Below, one piece after another: positions 22,281 through 32,778 of a DNA stretch of 32,778 nucleotides; the first letter of the stretch is position 1, and each line of letters opens with the position of its first letter. The stretch is from Octopus sinensis (taxonomy: Eukaryota), in assembly GCF_006345805.1 (NCBI RefSeq), contig NW_021832760.1:1-32778 (forward strand), written 5' to 3'. Made by a program: the position numbers and the translations under genes. The notes under the pieces were generated by a model. The model saw only the letters and a list, made by a program, of their open reading frames with translations. It made no database searches and had not been told where the DNA came from.

Positions 22281-23783
22281 TTCCGCACACCTTACATTTA
22301 CAGAGCAGAAGGTGCGTTTGCACATGCATCTTTAATGCACTTTTTTAAACCATATCCTCTCCCACAATAACTGCATAGCAATAATGTGCTGCTTTCAGAT
22401 TTTTTCTTTTGTAATTCTTTATTTTTCAACCCTTTCTTTTTTGACATCCGTATAGAATTCCCAGACGGTTTTACATCTTGTTCCGGTAAAATTTCTTTTA
22501 ATTTAAAAATCCCTTCTTTTTTGATTGAAATTTTTGTTGATATTTTCGATCCACTGATAGTAATAAATAATACATCAAGTTGTTGAAATGTTAGATGTGC
22601 AGGTCTATAACAGACTGTCAAAAGAATTTATAATCTAAATTCCCGCATCAGGCATTAAATTATTTTTTACAAAGATCAAAGCAAATTATTGAAAGAATGT
22701 CTCGTAGCAATTATTAGTAGCGACTTTTTCATGACTTTGTTTTGGTATGTCAGTGGTATGTTACAATCAATCCAAATCATTAATGATCCCTTTTTGGTAT
22801 TTCTTCAAATAATATAAATAATTGCTCAATAATGATCATGTGCAGGTTAGAAAATTTAACATTCTGAGATAGCTAGTTTTGTTAATACATTGCATTTGTC
22901 AAGTACTAATTTCTCAATAGATTCTTGAATTAGACAAGTATTGAAGCAGATGTAAATGGCATTAACACAATTAACTACCAATTGACAGCGCATTTAGAAA
23001 AATTTCCGTAGAAAAGATAGAATTTATTTTTGGTCGCCTTTTTCCTAATCTTTTTTATTATTCAAAAATAATTTTTCAATAGATGACACAAGTTGGAAGA
23101 ACAAAGCTGAAAAAATGAAAACAAAGCTTGAAAAAAAGCTGCGGTTTAGGTATTTAATTAAAACTGTTAATTTTTTACTTTCTCAATTCGATCCCTGTTG
23201 GTTCTTGACCACTTAATTAATTTTTAGTTATCTATTTAATGTGTTAGTTATCTGTTTTTCTGTTATTTATCTGCTTCCGTTGATGATAAGTTTGGATGAC
23301 AATAAAAAATGTGCAGAGACAGTCGTTAAAGGTAGTTGGCTTATTTTTAGAGAGCAAGTGCTTTTTCGATGGCTGTGGGATGCTCAAGGGTGTAAGTAAG
23401 AAAAAAATCGTTTTCCGAGGCTTTAACGTCGTTATGATGCTCTAGAAATTAGCTTTTAAACCGTATATAAACAAACATTAACGTTTTTCAGAAATTCTCT
23501 GTTAGAGTGAAAGCTACCACAAAAAGAATGAACATAAAACAGATTGTTGAAAATTTAAGGAAAATATAATGACATTAGAATTTATTGACCAAAGGACCAG
23601 AGTAAACCAGTTAATTATAATCCCTGTGATCCTCGATTCAATATCCCAAAAAATAATGAAGAAAAAGTGACTATTTGGTCACCATTTAAACTAGCAAAAT
23701 CGCTAGGAATAGAATATTTTTAGATAATATATTTCTATTATTTTTATTTTAATATTTGTGTCTTACAAAATAAATATTATCAA

Positions 23784-24160
23784 ATGGATTACGAAGTGGA
23801 GTCACTTCTTGAACATTTAGTATTAGAAGGAAAAGAGTATTATTTGGTTTATGGAAAGGATTTCTAAAGTTAAATCGTTCTCATCATTTTCAGCTCAGAA
23901 AATCGTGAGAGCCTGTAGAAAATCTAAATTGTGAAATATTAACAAACAGTATCAAAAAACTAAAAATATAAAGAAAAAATCGAAAAGAAAAAGGCATTAA
24001 ATTATGTCAACAAACTCAGAGTAAACAGTTGTCTTTCCTCATGGATGGAGCCTGCTTACATCGAGGATGCTCAAATGATTAAGGTCGCTAATTTACGATG
24101 AAATGGCACTTTGTATTTAATCAACAAGTAGGAAGAACTTTGTTAAAATGTGAATCTTAA
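23784..24160 (+). pseudogene. HP1-like chromodomain/chromoshadow pseudogene
   Basis: MDYEVESLLEHLVLEGKEYYLV.WKGFL|SEN.*EPVENLNC (chromodomain with TGG>TGA and a 25-nt intron), then a basic hinge and MEPAYIEDAQ...FTMKW (chromoshadow-like). Confidence 0.7.
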
Positions 24161-24170
24161 GCAATTGGGT

Positions 24171-24620
24171 ACTTCTTAAACGATTTCTGAGAGAAGAACT
24201 GCAGGGTGTCATCAATACAGTTGAGCTGAGTATCCACGGCCTGAAATCATAATCAAAACCAACAAGGATTATGACTTCAAATAGTCAGCATGTTGTTGCT
24301 ATAAGTTAATGGGCGCAACGCATGGCTTCAGAAACATTTACAGCAGGTGGCAAAACCAGAAAGCCATCACTGCAGCTAGTCACACAGTGGATCTAGAGAT
24401 TGGGACGCTTTCAGCCTGCCATCATTACCAAAGGCTTGAAGAAGTGTTGCCTCACCAATAAGCTGGATGGTACTGAGGATGATGTTTGTGGGAGGAAGAC
24501 GGAGGAAACGTAGACGTATCCTCAACGAAGATATGTATGAGGAGAAGGTTTGAGAGGACAACAAGAGAGAGAGGAATATCTGCAAAGACTATTTGAAGAT
24601 TCTGATGGGGGATCTTTATT
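24171..24620 (+). mobile_element. pogo (POGK-like) transposase remnant, internally deleted
   Basis: FTAGGKTRKPSLQLVTQWI...IITKGLKKCCLTNKLDGTEDD and an acidic tail. The start repeats about 45 bp of 22232-22280. Confidence 0.8.
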
Positions 24621-24798
24621 CATTTACAGAGTTTTTCCAGATGTTTTTTGGCCAAAAATTAAACTCGGTAATTTTTAATTTCGTTAAAATCGTGAAAATT
24701 GTTGTTCATTTTTCGCATTTAAATAACACAAATTAAGAAATCGAGATCAAAAAATAGTGATATTCAAAAACAAAATTGAAACCAAAGTAAACCAGAAA

Positions 24799-27646
24799 CT
24801 ACAGAACAGAATTGAAATAAGCCTCTAAAGCGGGATATGTCTTTGGAATCTCATCTCCAGCTCACCAATTCTCTTCTGCACACTGAGCAATAGTCATTCT
24901 ACTCCCTCAGATCTACCCGAAAAAAATTCCTAAAATACTAACAACTCCTCTACATTAAAATCCCTCAATTGATCTGCCGTCTTCAAATAAGTCGACACGA
25001 TCTACCAACTAATAACAACCAAATACTTTAATAGAATTAGTCATTGTCGAATTCTGAACTGCACTAAGCAAATAGTCATAATTTTGTTTATAAAGCGTCC
25101 ACAGTTCTGACGAATTCTCAGGCCGTACTCCCAGTCCTCTCAACAGATAGACAATGTCCTGAGAACGCAGTTTGCCCTATTAATGCCATAACACTTATTC
25201 CAACACTCGTAAGGATTTCAAATATCCGAACAAGCCCTCCCGGACATTTCAAACACCCGATTGCCTGAATTATGTTCTTTCGGGACTCTGCCCTCTCAAC
25301 CTTCTCATAATACTCCATCAGGTCGTTCAAATCCTTCAAAGTCCCACAAGACATGACACATTGATATATCTATATATTTAATCTCTTTTATGATACTGGC
25401 AAAAGTATATTTGGGTCAACTGGCTACGGAAGCATCTGTCTGGAGTATCCTTTCGAATACTTGCCTGCATTGAGATTGGAATTGGTCATCCCCGTAACGT
25501 GCCATCATCCCAAATACAACATTACGAAGAAGAGAGATTTCATGTGTTTCATTCGGCTGGACATCCCACCCCACATATTGGAATATTCCAGACATCAGTA
25601 GTCGGCGTACGTACAGTGTAAACTGACCGTCTACAGGAGTGCCACTCACAATCCTGGTTATGTCACGAACGAAATCAGAAATCACTTCCCAAATGGAAAG
25701 TTCGTATGTCTTTGTAAACATTTCTGTCAATCGGAAGAGCATTTCCATTGGAATATATCCACACAGCCCCTGAAATAGAACAATGTGAAATACCAAAGCA
25801 TATGTGTCACTGAGGAGAGAAATACAGTCGTTTATTGGAATGTTGGACACAGAATCCAACAATTTGGCAAACAGTGGAGCGGAGTATTGAACTCGGAAGA
25901 ATCCATGGACTCCTGCGTTGAGTTTAATCCACTGAGAATCGATGACATCTCTGAGAATAAACTCTTGTCGAGGCTGTTCCAAGAGCACATAATTAATATT
26001 CCCAGCTCCACTCTCAGTAGAATAACCTACTGGAATGTTCCAGAATGTTCTTTCCCCGTTCTCGAATGTTCCAGAACCAGTCCTTCCAGACAATAATGTG
26101 AATCGTTTTGTTCCAATACCATAACAAGAGATCCATCCTGGGCTGAATCACAACTCACGGACACGACGGGATATCCTGGCATATGAATAAACGTATTCAT
26201 TATCCCTTCCACATTAAAACCACATTCTTAAAAGAATTCCACAAGTCACGTGTTTCAGTATTTTGGTAGGAATATTTGGTAAGGTAAGACCTCAGACTAG
26301 TCCTGAATCCAGCCTCCCCAATGTAATAAAAAAAGCATAGCTATAACTGAGGCCCCTTTGGAGTAGGAAAATCTCATCAAATATTCATCAATCTTGGAAG
26401 GGTCATCAACGGCGACTTCAACAGGGTGGGTGTTTAAACGAGATCCACATTCATAGAATCCATAAACTCACCTGTTAGAAATCTTGCCTGGAAATTATAT
26501 TCCGGATAACATCGGGAAGAACAGAAATATTCCATAAAAGTAGCAAATCCTCATTCAGCCACAAATCAGTCCACCACCTCTACCACAACTATATTATAAA
26601 TAATACCATCGTTACTAAATTCCCAAACCACATATGTGCCAACTCATGTGCTACAACAGTCGTTACGTACGACTTGGTTCTAGCCGAACTAAGCGTTTGG
26701 TCAACAAGGATTGTGGTCTCTCTGAATGTGACCAACCCCCAATTCTCCATTGCCCCTATTTTGTCACCCATTTTTACAAACCTGCCGAAAAATCGGGGAC
26801 AGGGACAAGATCGAGCTTAGGAAGTGGATATTCCAAGTCGAAAAAATTTCATAAAACGACAAGATTTGACCGCTACATCCAAAGCGTACATTCCCTCTTC
26901 TGTCCGTCCCACTGGGGTGTATATCCTTATTCTGACTCCCCGATCACTCCGTCTTCTCCACATATTCAAAATCCCAATAATGTAGGCCACCAGGTACGTA
27001 GACATTCGAGGTGTTGTTCCAAACTCTTTTAGGAGTCTTCCATCCTCAAGACCGTTGTTTTCTCAACTTCCTGTGATTTATTGGTAGGTTAAAGACCATA
27101 TTTGAAAGGACAGTTCTATTTGGAGGGGATATTATGGATAGGCGAAATTGAGCCTTCATGTCGGTTCATCAAGCAAAAAGGAAAAGCTCTTCGTGCGTCA
27201 ATCGGCTAAAAAAATTGATCAATTTTGAATACCTCGAATTGGGTGGACGCCCCGTAAACTTCTTCGCCGTTAAGATTGTATTTATTCTATAAAATCCCTC
27301 CATTTTATTCCCGATTAGACCATTGAATTCCAATATAATGTTAGCTGGTCCGGGATTCTGGCAAATTAGCAAAAATTGGTGTACTAGATTATCCTGGAAG
27401 AGCAAGTCGACTGTCTGAGCTCGGATGTTGTACTCCCATGTGGCTGGAAGTGTCTTGTTCCTTGAATAATGGCTGCTTTTGTGATTTCGAGGTCACGGGA
27501 ATTCAATCTGACGAAACGGCAAGGTTCATTAATGACTGAATTTATGTCAACTTTTCCGGAAAGGTGAAATTTATTAAGTCCGGATTAATGAGTATGTTGT
27601 ATAAAGAGGGGAGTACTGTTCGTGGTAGTCTACTGGCTGTTGACAT
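24799..27646 (-). CDS. NPEPPS: Puromycin-sensitive M1 aminopeptidase (multi-exon; many single-base indels)
   Basis: [24 protein letters not shown]; STQFE|PIDARRAFP; [10 protein letters not shown]; AG|[12 protein letters not shown]; [17 protein letters not shown]|[10 protein letters not shown]; [17 protein letters not shown]. No N-terminal membrane anchor; introns about 23-27 nt. Confidence 0.88.
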
Positions 27647-29123
27647 TTCTAATATAGATCACAACGTGTAAGAGTTAAGTACTGTTGCAATAATACAATT
27701 TTTTTATTTAGGTTTGCCGGTATTAATACAAAAAATATGTAAATAAATTAATTCTAATTTGTATAATTTTTCTGATGAACTTTATTCAATATTCACAAGA
27801 ACTTAACAATTTTCATAAAATGTTCTGAAAAACCTGTTGAAGTTTGTTTTTTTAATATGTCTCTATGTTAGAAAAGTTCAGAAAGGCTCTGTACTAATCC
27901 GAAAAAATAGACTTGATTGTAAACTATCCTCATGTCTTATTATATCGACTTATTTGCCAACGTCTGACTAATAAACAAGAAATTTATTCAAACGCGAAGT
28001 TTGAATTCAAACGATGTTTTTTTGCTACGAAAACATTGTATATAGCGCACTGAAGTAACCGGTTTTCCAAATTGCTATAGTAATTAAAATATTTTAATAG
28101 CCTAAGACTGTCTGATTAGTTGTTTTATAAAAAAGCTACATAGAATGAAGGTATTTTGTATGTGAATGTATGCAATCTTCAGAAGTTGAGGGGCATAATA
28201 GAGAAAACCTGTATTTTTATTACTAAAAGAAATGCTGTGAAATTTATGCCGATATAATTCAATCCTGAGTTAATTTTTAATTTTTCAATTCATTATTTTT
28301 ACCGATTTTGGTATTCTTTTATCATCATCGGATTTTGGCACATAATAACGATAATCGATTCTTAGACAACTTTATTGGGATTCGAGAATCTTTTTTTAAA
28401 AACATTAATTTCAAAAAATTAACAACAGCTCAACTCATCCGAAAGTTAATCGGCACGACCGGAATTTTTAAAAAAGTACACATTTTTTGCAGATAAGTTT
28501 CTTTCACTCATTTAATAATTTGAACATATCAATTAATTAAATGAAATATTTCGTATTTTAAAATTTTAATTGGATTTCCAATACACTTTATTTCGAACAT
28601 AATCAAAAACTATTGAAATATATAAATCACCGTCTGATAAAATATAGAGAATGCCTCCCGATACATATAGGAAAAAAATTGGGATAATATGTTGAAAGGC
28701 AACGAATTCAAATGGTTTATTGACAATAACAGTTTTATAATCATTTAGGAACAATGATTGAAATGTGAGAAGAAGCAATGCAAAAATTACATGATGTAAT
28801 TTTATTTACTAATTAAAAATTAGGGCAGCATCAAAAAAGGATTATAGAGAAAATTCTGATAGAGACGATTCTAAAGTCATAATTGTTTAAAATTTAAATT
28901 CTAATTAATATTATATTTGGGCTTTTTCATAAATACCTCGTCGAGACGAAGAGAAAGTTTTAAGTCAATAAAATTTGTTTTTATAAACTTAGTTCAACAT
29001 GTTGTCCTAAATTAAAAATAACTTTTAGTTATGACTATCACTCGATTAAACAACCATCACGTATTTCAATTTTAAATAAATCTAAAATTTAATAGCATAA
29101 GGGAATTTCTTCACTCTATTAAT

Positions 29124-29475
29124 GATGGGATCACATTTTCCCATTTGAAGAGGGGAAACCACTAGTATGGACGCAACCTGTGTGGACATTCTCTGCCCAT
29201 CAACATTGCCGAGAGCGCAGTGGACACACTGAGGACAGATTTGCGTTCTATCCGATTGTGTTCGAGACAACTGGAGGTATAAGTGGAAATCGCTCCGCTT
29301 CCTAAAGAAGCTTGGACGTTAGCCTTGACACACGTGAGACCCGGTGACTTTCCAGTTGATCTCCGTTGCTATCGTGAGAGGCAACGCAGCGTCATTATGT
29401 TGGCGAGATACACTTCGGATGGATGGCTTGTTAACTTCTATTTAAGAAGAAGAAAAATTTTATTTAAAAAAAAAA
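29124..29475 (+). mobile_element. CRE-clade non-LTR 3' fragment with A-rich tail
   Basis: Frameshifted DGIT.FPF.RGKPLVWDATCVD...FYPIVFETTGG...FLKKLG...FQLISVAIVRGNAAS; A-run at 29466-29475. Confidence 0.8.
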
Positions 29476-29617
29476 TTTGAAACTATAAACTAGATTAATT
29501 GAAAAAATTATTCATTTGAATATTATTTAAAATTATTAAAAAATATTAAAATAAAACCATAGAGTTATTTGTTGTAGTTCAATTTGAAAAAATCAGTAAC
29601 ATATCAATAAAGAAAAT

Positions 29618-31442
29618 ATGCTCAATTTTAATAAAAATATTGAACCAGTATTTTCATTATAAAAACTAAAATAGGCGGGATTTAAACAGGAAAAAATTTC
29701 GGATCATGTAATAGACTGTTTTCAGTATAATGAGGCTTCATTTACAAATAATGTATTATTTCTAAGTTTAAATATTAAAAAGACGTATCCATTAAATGTA
29801 AGAAAATATAAAGAATATTATAATCCACCACTTTCCACGAATAAGTTCAGTGGTAATTTCCGTGAAGACCAGTTAGAAAAACTAAATAAAACATTCCATG
29901 GAATAGCAAGTAACGAAATTTCTGAAATTAAGGACTCATTAAATCCAAGACCCACAACATTGTAATTTTAATAATTTAACATTTCAGTTTTAATGAAATA
30001 ATCAACTCAATTAATGAACAGAATTACCAAAGAAGTAAATATCCTTTGGGATCAAGAACAACAAAATATCAATCTATTCCCGACACTTTTGACAATCTGA
30101 ATCACACGTATGGAGAAAAGACTGAATATGGTGAAAACATGTAATAGTATTTAAGGCGAAAAAGTAAGCGATCTGATGAAATATGATGTCACCAATCAAA
30201 ATAGTTTAAAATCTACGGAACCGTGGAAACAAACAGAAAGAAAATATTCAAAACCATTTGATAAAGAAGAACGTTTTGGACTAACATCAAAAGATAAAAC
30301 AGAAGATGGAAGTAATGGCAAAAACGGAACGAAAATTGGAATTGCAACTAAAGAGAATATGAAAGAAGCTACAATTTGTGACATGTCTTTGAGCTCCTGG
30401 CGAAATCTAAACAAACATAAACTCGGAACTACATGCGATCCGTATTTAATATGTAATACATTAAAAACGCAGAATTCAAGGAACAAAACACCTTTCTGTT
30501 GACCATACTTATGGCATCAAATCTATTAGTGACAACATTAAAGTTTCTCAAATAATCCATGATAATAAATTTGACGATAATGAAAATTTAAGTTTGAATG
30601 TTGAGAGTTTAGTCGCGGATTTGAGGAAAAAACTGAAAGTGAGTGGCTTCCGAAATTTTAGAGAATTTGAATATCTCTTGAGAACTTCAGTTTATTTTAT
30701 TTTTGCTAATTTTATAAGAGTTCTGAAGATTTTGTGAGTTTAGAAAATTTTTTAAATATTATTGAGATAATGAAAATCGAATTGGATAAAATTTATTTGG
30801 AATTCATAATTAATTATTGCCAGGAAGAAATGTGTTCAGAACTATATTTAAATATAAACAAAATTTTACAACTTCTCGACTATCGTAACGGATTTCATGA
30901 CAACAATTTAAATGTTGAAATTCAGCCTAATAGAGATATAAGCGATGGTAAAAAGAAAAATTGGTCTTCAACGACTTCCTATTCCCAATATACCAAAGCT
31001 TCTCAATATGGACAGTTGAGTAAAGGTAGTTAACCAATATTTATTTCAAAGATACAAATAATCGTGTTTATGGATTACCTACACTTCGTTATGATTTGAA
31101 ACCTCCACGAATTAAAAAAACAAGTGACTTTACATCTTATGGAGACGAGCTTAATGCAGGGGCAATGTTAAATCCGACTATTTTTACAAATTGGGGACTG
31201 GGAATTGATGAAATCGTGAAGGTGATGCCTCCAAACGAGGTTAGTATTTTGATATATAAAATTAATTTTAATTAAAAAAACTATTTTTAAAGATGTACGA
31301 GTTTTTGGATAAATGTGATATCAAAATTGAAAGAGAAGTATTTGAACAAATATATAAAAATGTTTCAGGAAATGAATTCACAAACATTCCTGATTTTTTG
31401 AATGAATATAGAAATTATCTAATGTCTAGTAAAATAAATTAA
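29618..31442 (+). CDS. EFHB: EF-hand domain family member B (CFAP21), ciliary protein
   Basis: Splices into an open frame with ~25-31 nt introns (last intron about 53 nt): MLNFNKNIEP|AGFK..., HKLGTTCDP, LVADLRKKLK, and the diagnostic YGLPTLRYDLKPPRIKKTSDFTSYGDELNAGAMLNPTIF. Confidence 0.82.
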
Positions 31443-31989
31443 ATTTATTTATTAAACTAATAATACTCAAAGTTTATTAACATTATTTGATAATTAAATG
31501 AAATTTATTTCAAATTATTAATATACACAAAACTTCGCATTCGGTTTAGAATTCTCTTCAAGAAAGATCACAATTTATTCTAAAAAATATTGATTTTATT
31601 TAGACAAAAAATTAAATAGGAAAATTATTATTTAGTCGAATATCGTAGTACAAGTGACTAATTGTAAGAGCAATTCGCTTTATGAGTGGCCATTGCAAAG
31701 AATTTTTGCCTCGTATGACAAGTAAACATTTGTAGTACGAGCGATGATTCATTTTGTCAGTTTTGGCGATGACTAATGTCAGATGAGGCTATCTGGTGAC
31801 AAATTTTTTTCTATCATTTGATTTTTGAAAAATCCGCATCATTTTAAATATAGACATTATTTTGCGATAACACTAATTTATTTTGAAGAGACTAATTTAT
31901 TAAATCTTATCTCTAATTTATGCAAAAAACTTTTATTTATATCATTGATTAATATTTTTAAATATTAAATAAATTTCTGTACTCGTTGT

Positions 31990-32778
31990 ATGCGACCACA
32001 TTCTATCTTATCAAAATATACACAATTCAATGTTTCAAAAAACATAATTTTTTATGAGAAAAAAATTAATCATCAAAAAAATCGTTCTCTATTATTGTTT
32101 TTTCCGTGGGTTTCCTCAAAAACATCATCTCATTACAGCTACTTTAAGCTCTATCAACACGTCAATTGTGATATACTTTCAGTTCAGGGTGGAATTCAGC
32201 AATTACTTAGTCAGAAATACAACCAAAGTCTCACAGACAACATTACGGCCTTTCTTGACCAAAACTCACCAAAATATGATAAAATATTCGTTCATGTATT
32301 TTCTATTGGAGTTTTTATTTATCTTTCATGGCTTTTCTCCTCTCTAAATTCTTACGGCCTTTCACGAAAATCTGACAAGCCGAAAATCGTAGGACAAATT
32401 TTTGACAGTGTGGCATGTGGGGAACTCAGGAATATGGCTTTGGGTATGTCAATAAATTCTTCTTCATTAACCTCTGTTCGTTGGGTGGCCTATTACTTTG
32501 TTTTATTAACATTGTACCTAACAAGAATAATAGACAGAGCTGATAAACTTGCTAATGAGTTATGTACAGCCGATAATCATCCACCGACTTTAATGTTTTA
32601 TTCCTTGGATGATCCAATGTCTGATCGAGTTTATTTGGAGAGGGTTATTGAGAGGTTATCTGAGAAGAATAATGTGAAGAGTGTTTATTGGGATAATTCT
32701 AGTCATGCTGCTCATCTTTCTCGTCATCCTAAAGAGTATATGTATGCTCATAGGGATTTTCTAAAAAAATGTGATATG
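31990..32778 (+). CDS. TMEM53/DUF829 alpha/beta-hydrolase-fold protein (3' end outside window)
   Basis: Uninterrupted 263-codon frame from ATG 31990: LLLFFPWV, IFVHVFSIG, IVGQIFDS, PTLMFYSLDDPMSD, WDNSSHAAHLSRHPKEY. Confidence 0.85.
   Translation, partial: MRPHSILSKYTQFNVSKNIIFYEKKINHQKNRSLLLFFPWVSSKTSSHYSYFKLYQHVNCDILSVQGGIQQLLSQKYNQSLTDNITAFLDQNSPKYDKIFVHVFSIGVFIYLSWLFSSLNSYGLSRKSDKPKIVGQIFDSVACGELRNMALGMSINSSSLTSVRWVAYYFVLLTLYLTRIIDRADKLANELCTADNHPPTLMFYSLDDPMSDRVYLERVIERLSEKNNVKSVYWDNSSHAAHLSRHPKEYMYAHRDFLKKCDM

Noticed and set aside
17038-27646. Programmed frameshifting, RNA editing or an alternative genetic code in ERCC6L and NPEPPS
   Set aside because: Indels are scattered in short runs in both directions, typical of long-read error; neighbouring genes translate normally with standard stops.
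27700-28900. Possible minus-strand membrane protein gene
   Set aside because: Hydrophobic 70-aa stretch only; many stops, no consistent splicing and no recognisable family.

Overview
AT-rich eukaryotic genomic window using the standard genetic code, with genes split by very short GT-AG introns (about 22-32 nt). The ORF track misses most real genes for this reason. Animal-type genes plus a ciliary gene and tiny introns suggest a dicyemid mesozoan or similarly compacted ciliated animal (inference). Host genes: reticulon (+), ERCC6L/PICH (+), puromycin-sensitive M1 aminopeptidase (-), EFHB/CFAP21 (+) and a TMEM53/DUF829 protein (+, runs off the end). ERCC6L and the aminopeptidase carry many single-base indels that look like long-read consensus errors. 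Between the genes lies dense, nested transposon debris: Ginger2-like integrases, hAT/Buster, Tc1, pogo/Tigger, CRE-like and RTE-like non-LTR elements, and MITEs. There is also a 5S rRNA half-gene, an HP1-like pseudogene and a divergent proteasome beta-like pseudogene split by three transposons. Most striking: (1) a minus-strand array of about five 192-bp units in which three junctions lack exactly a 23-nt GT...AG segment that another junction retains, ending in an in-frame TAG, a short UTR and a 27-nt poly(A), which looks like RNA-templated DNA from a partly spliced or circular transcript; (2) DNA transposases carrying host-type tiny introns at sites where relatives in the same window have none.
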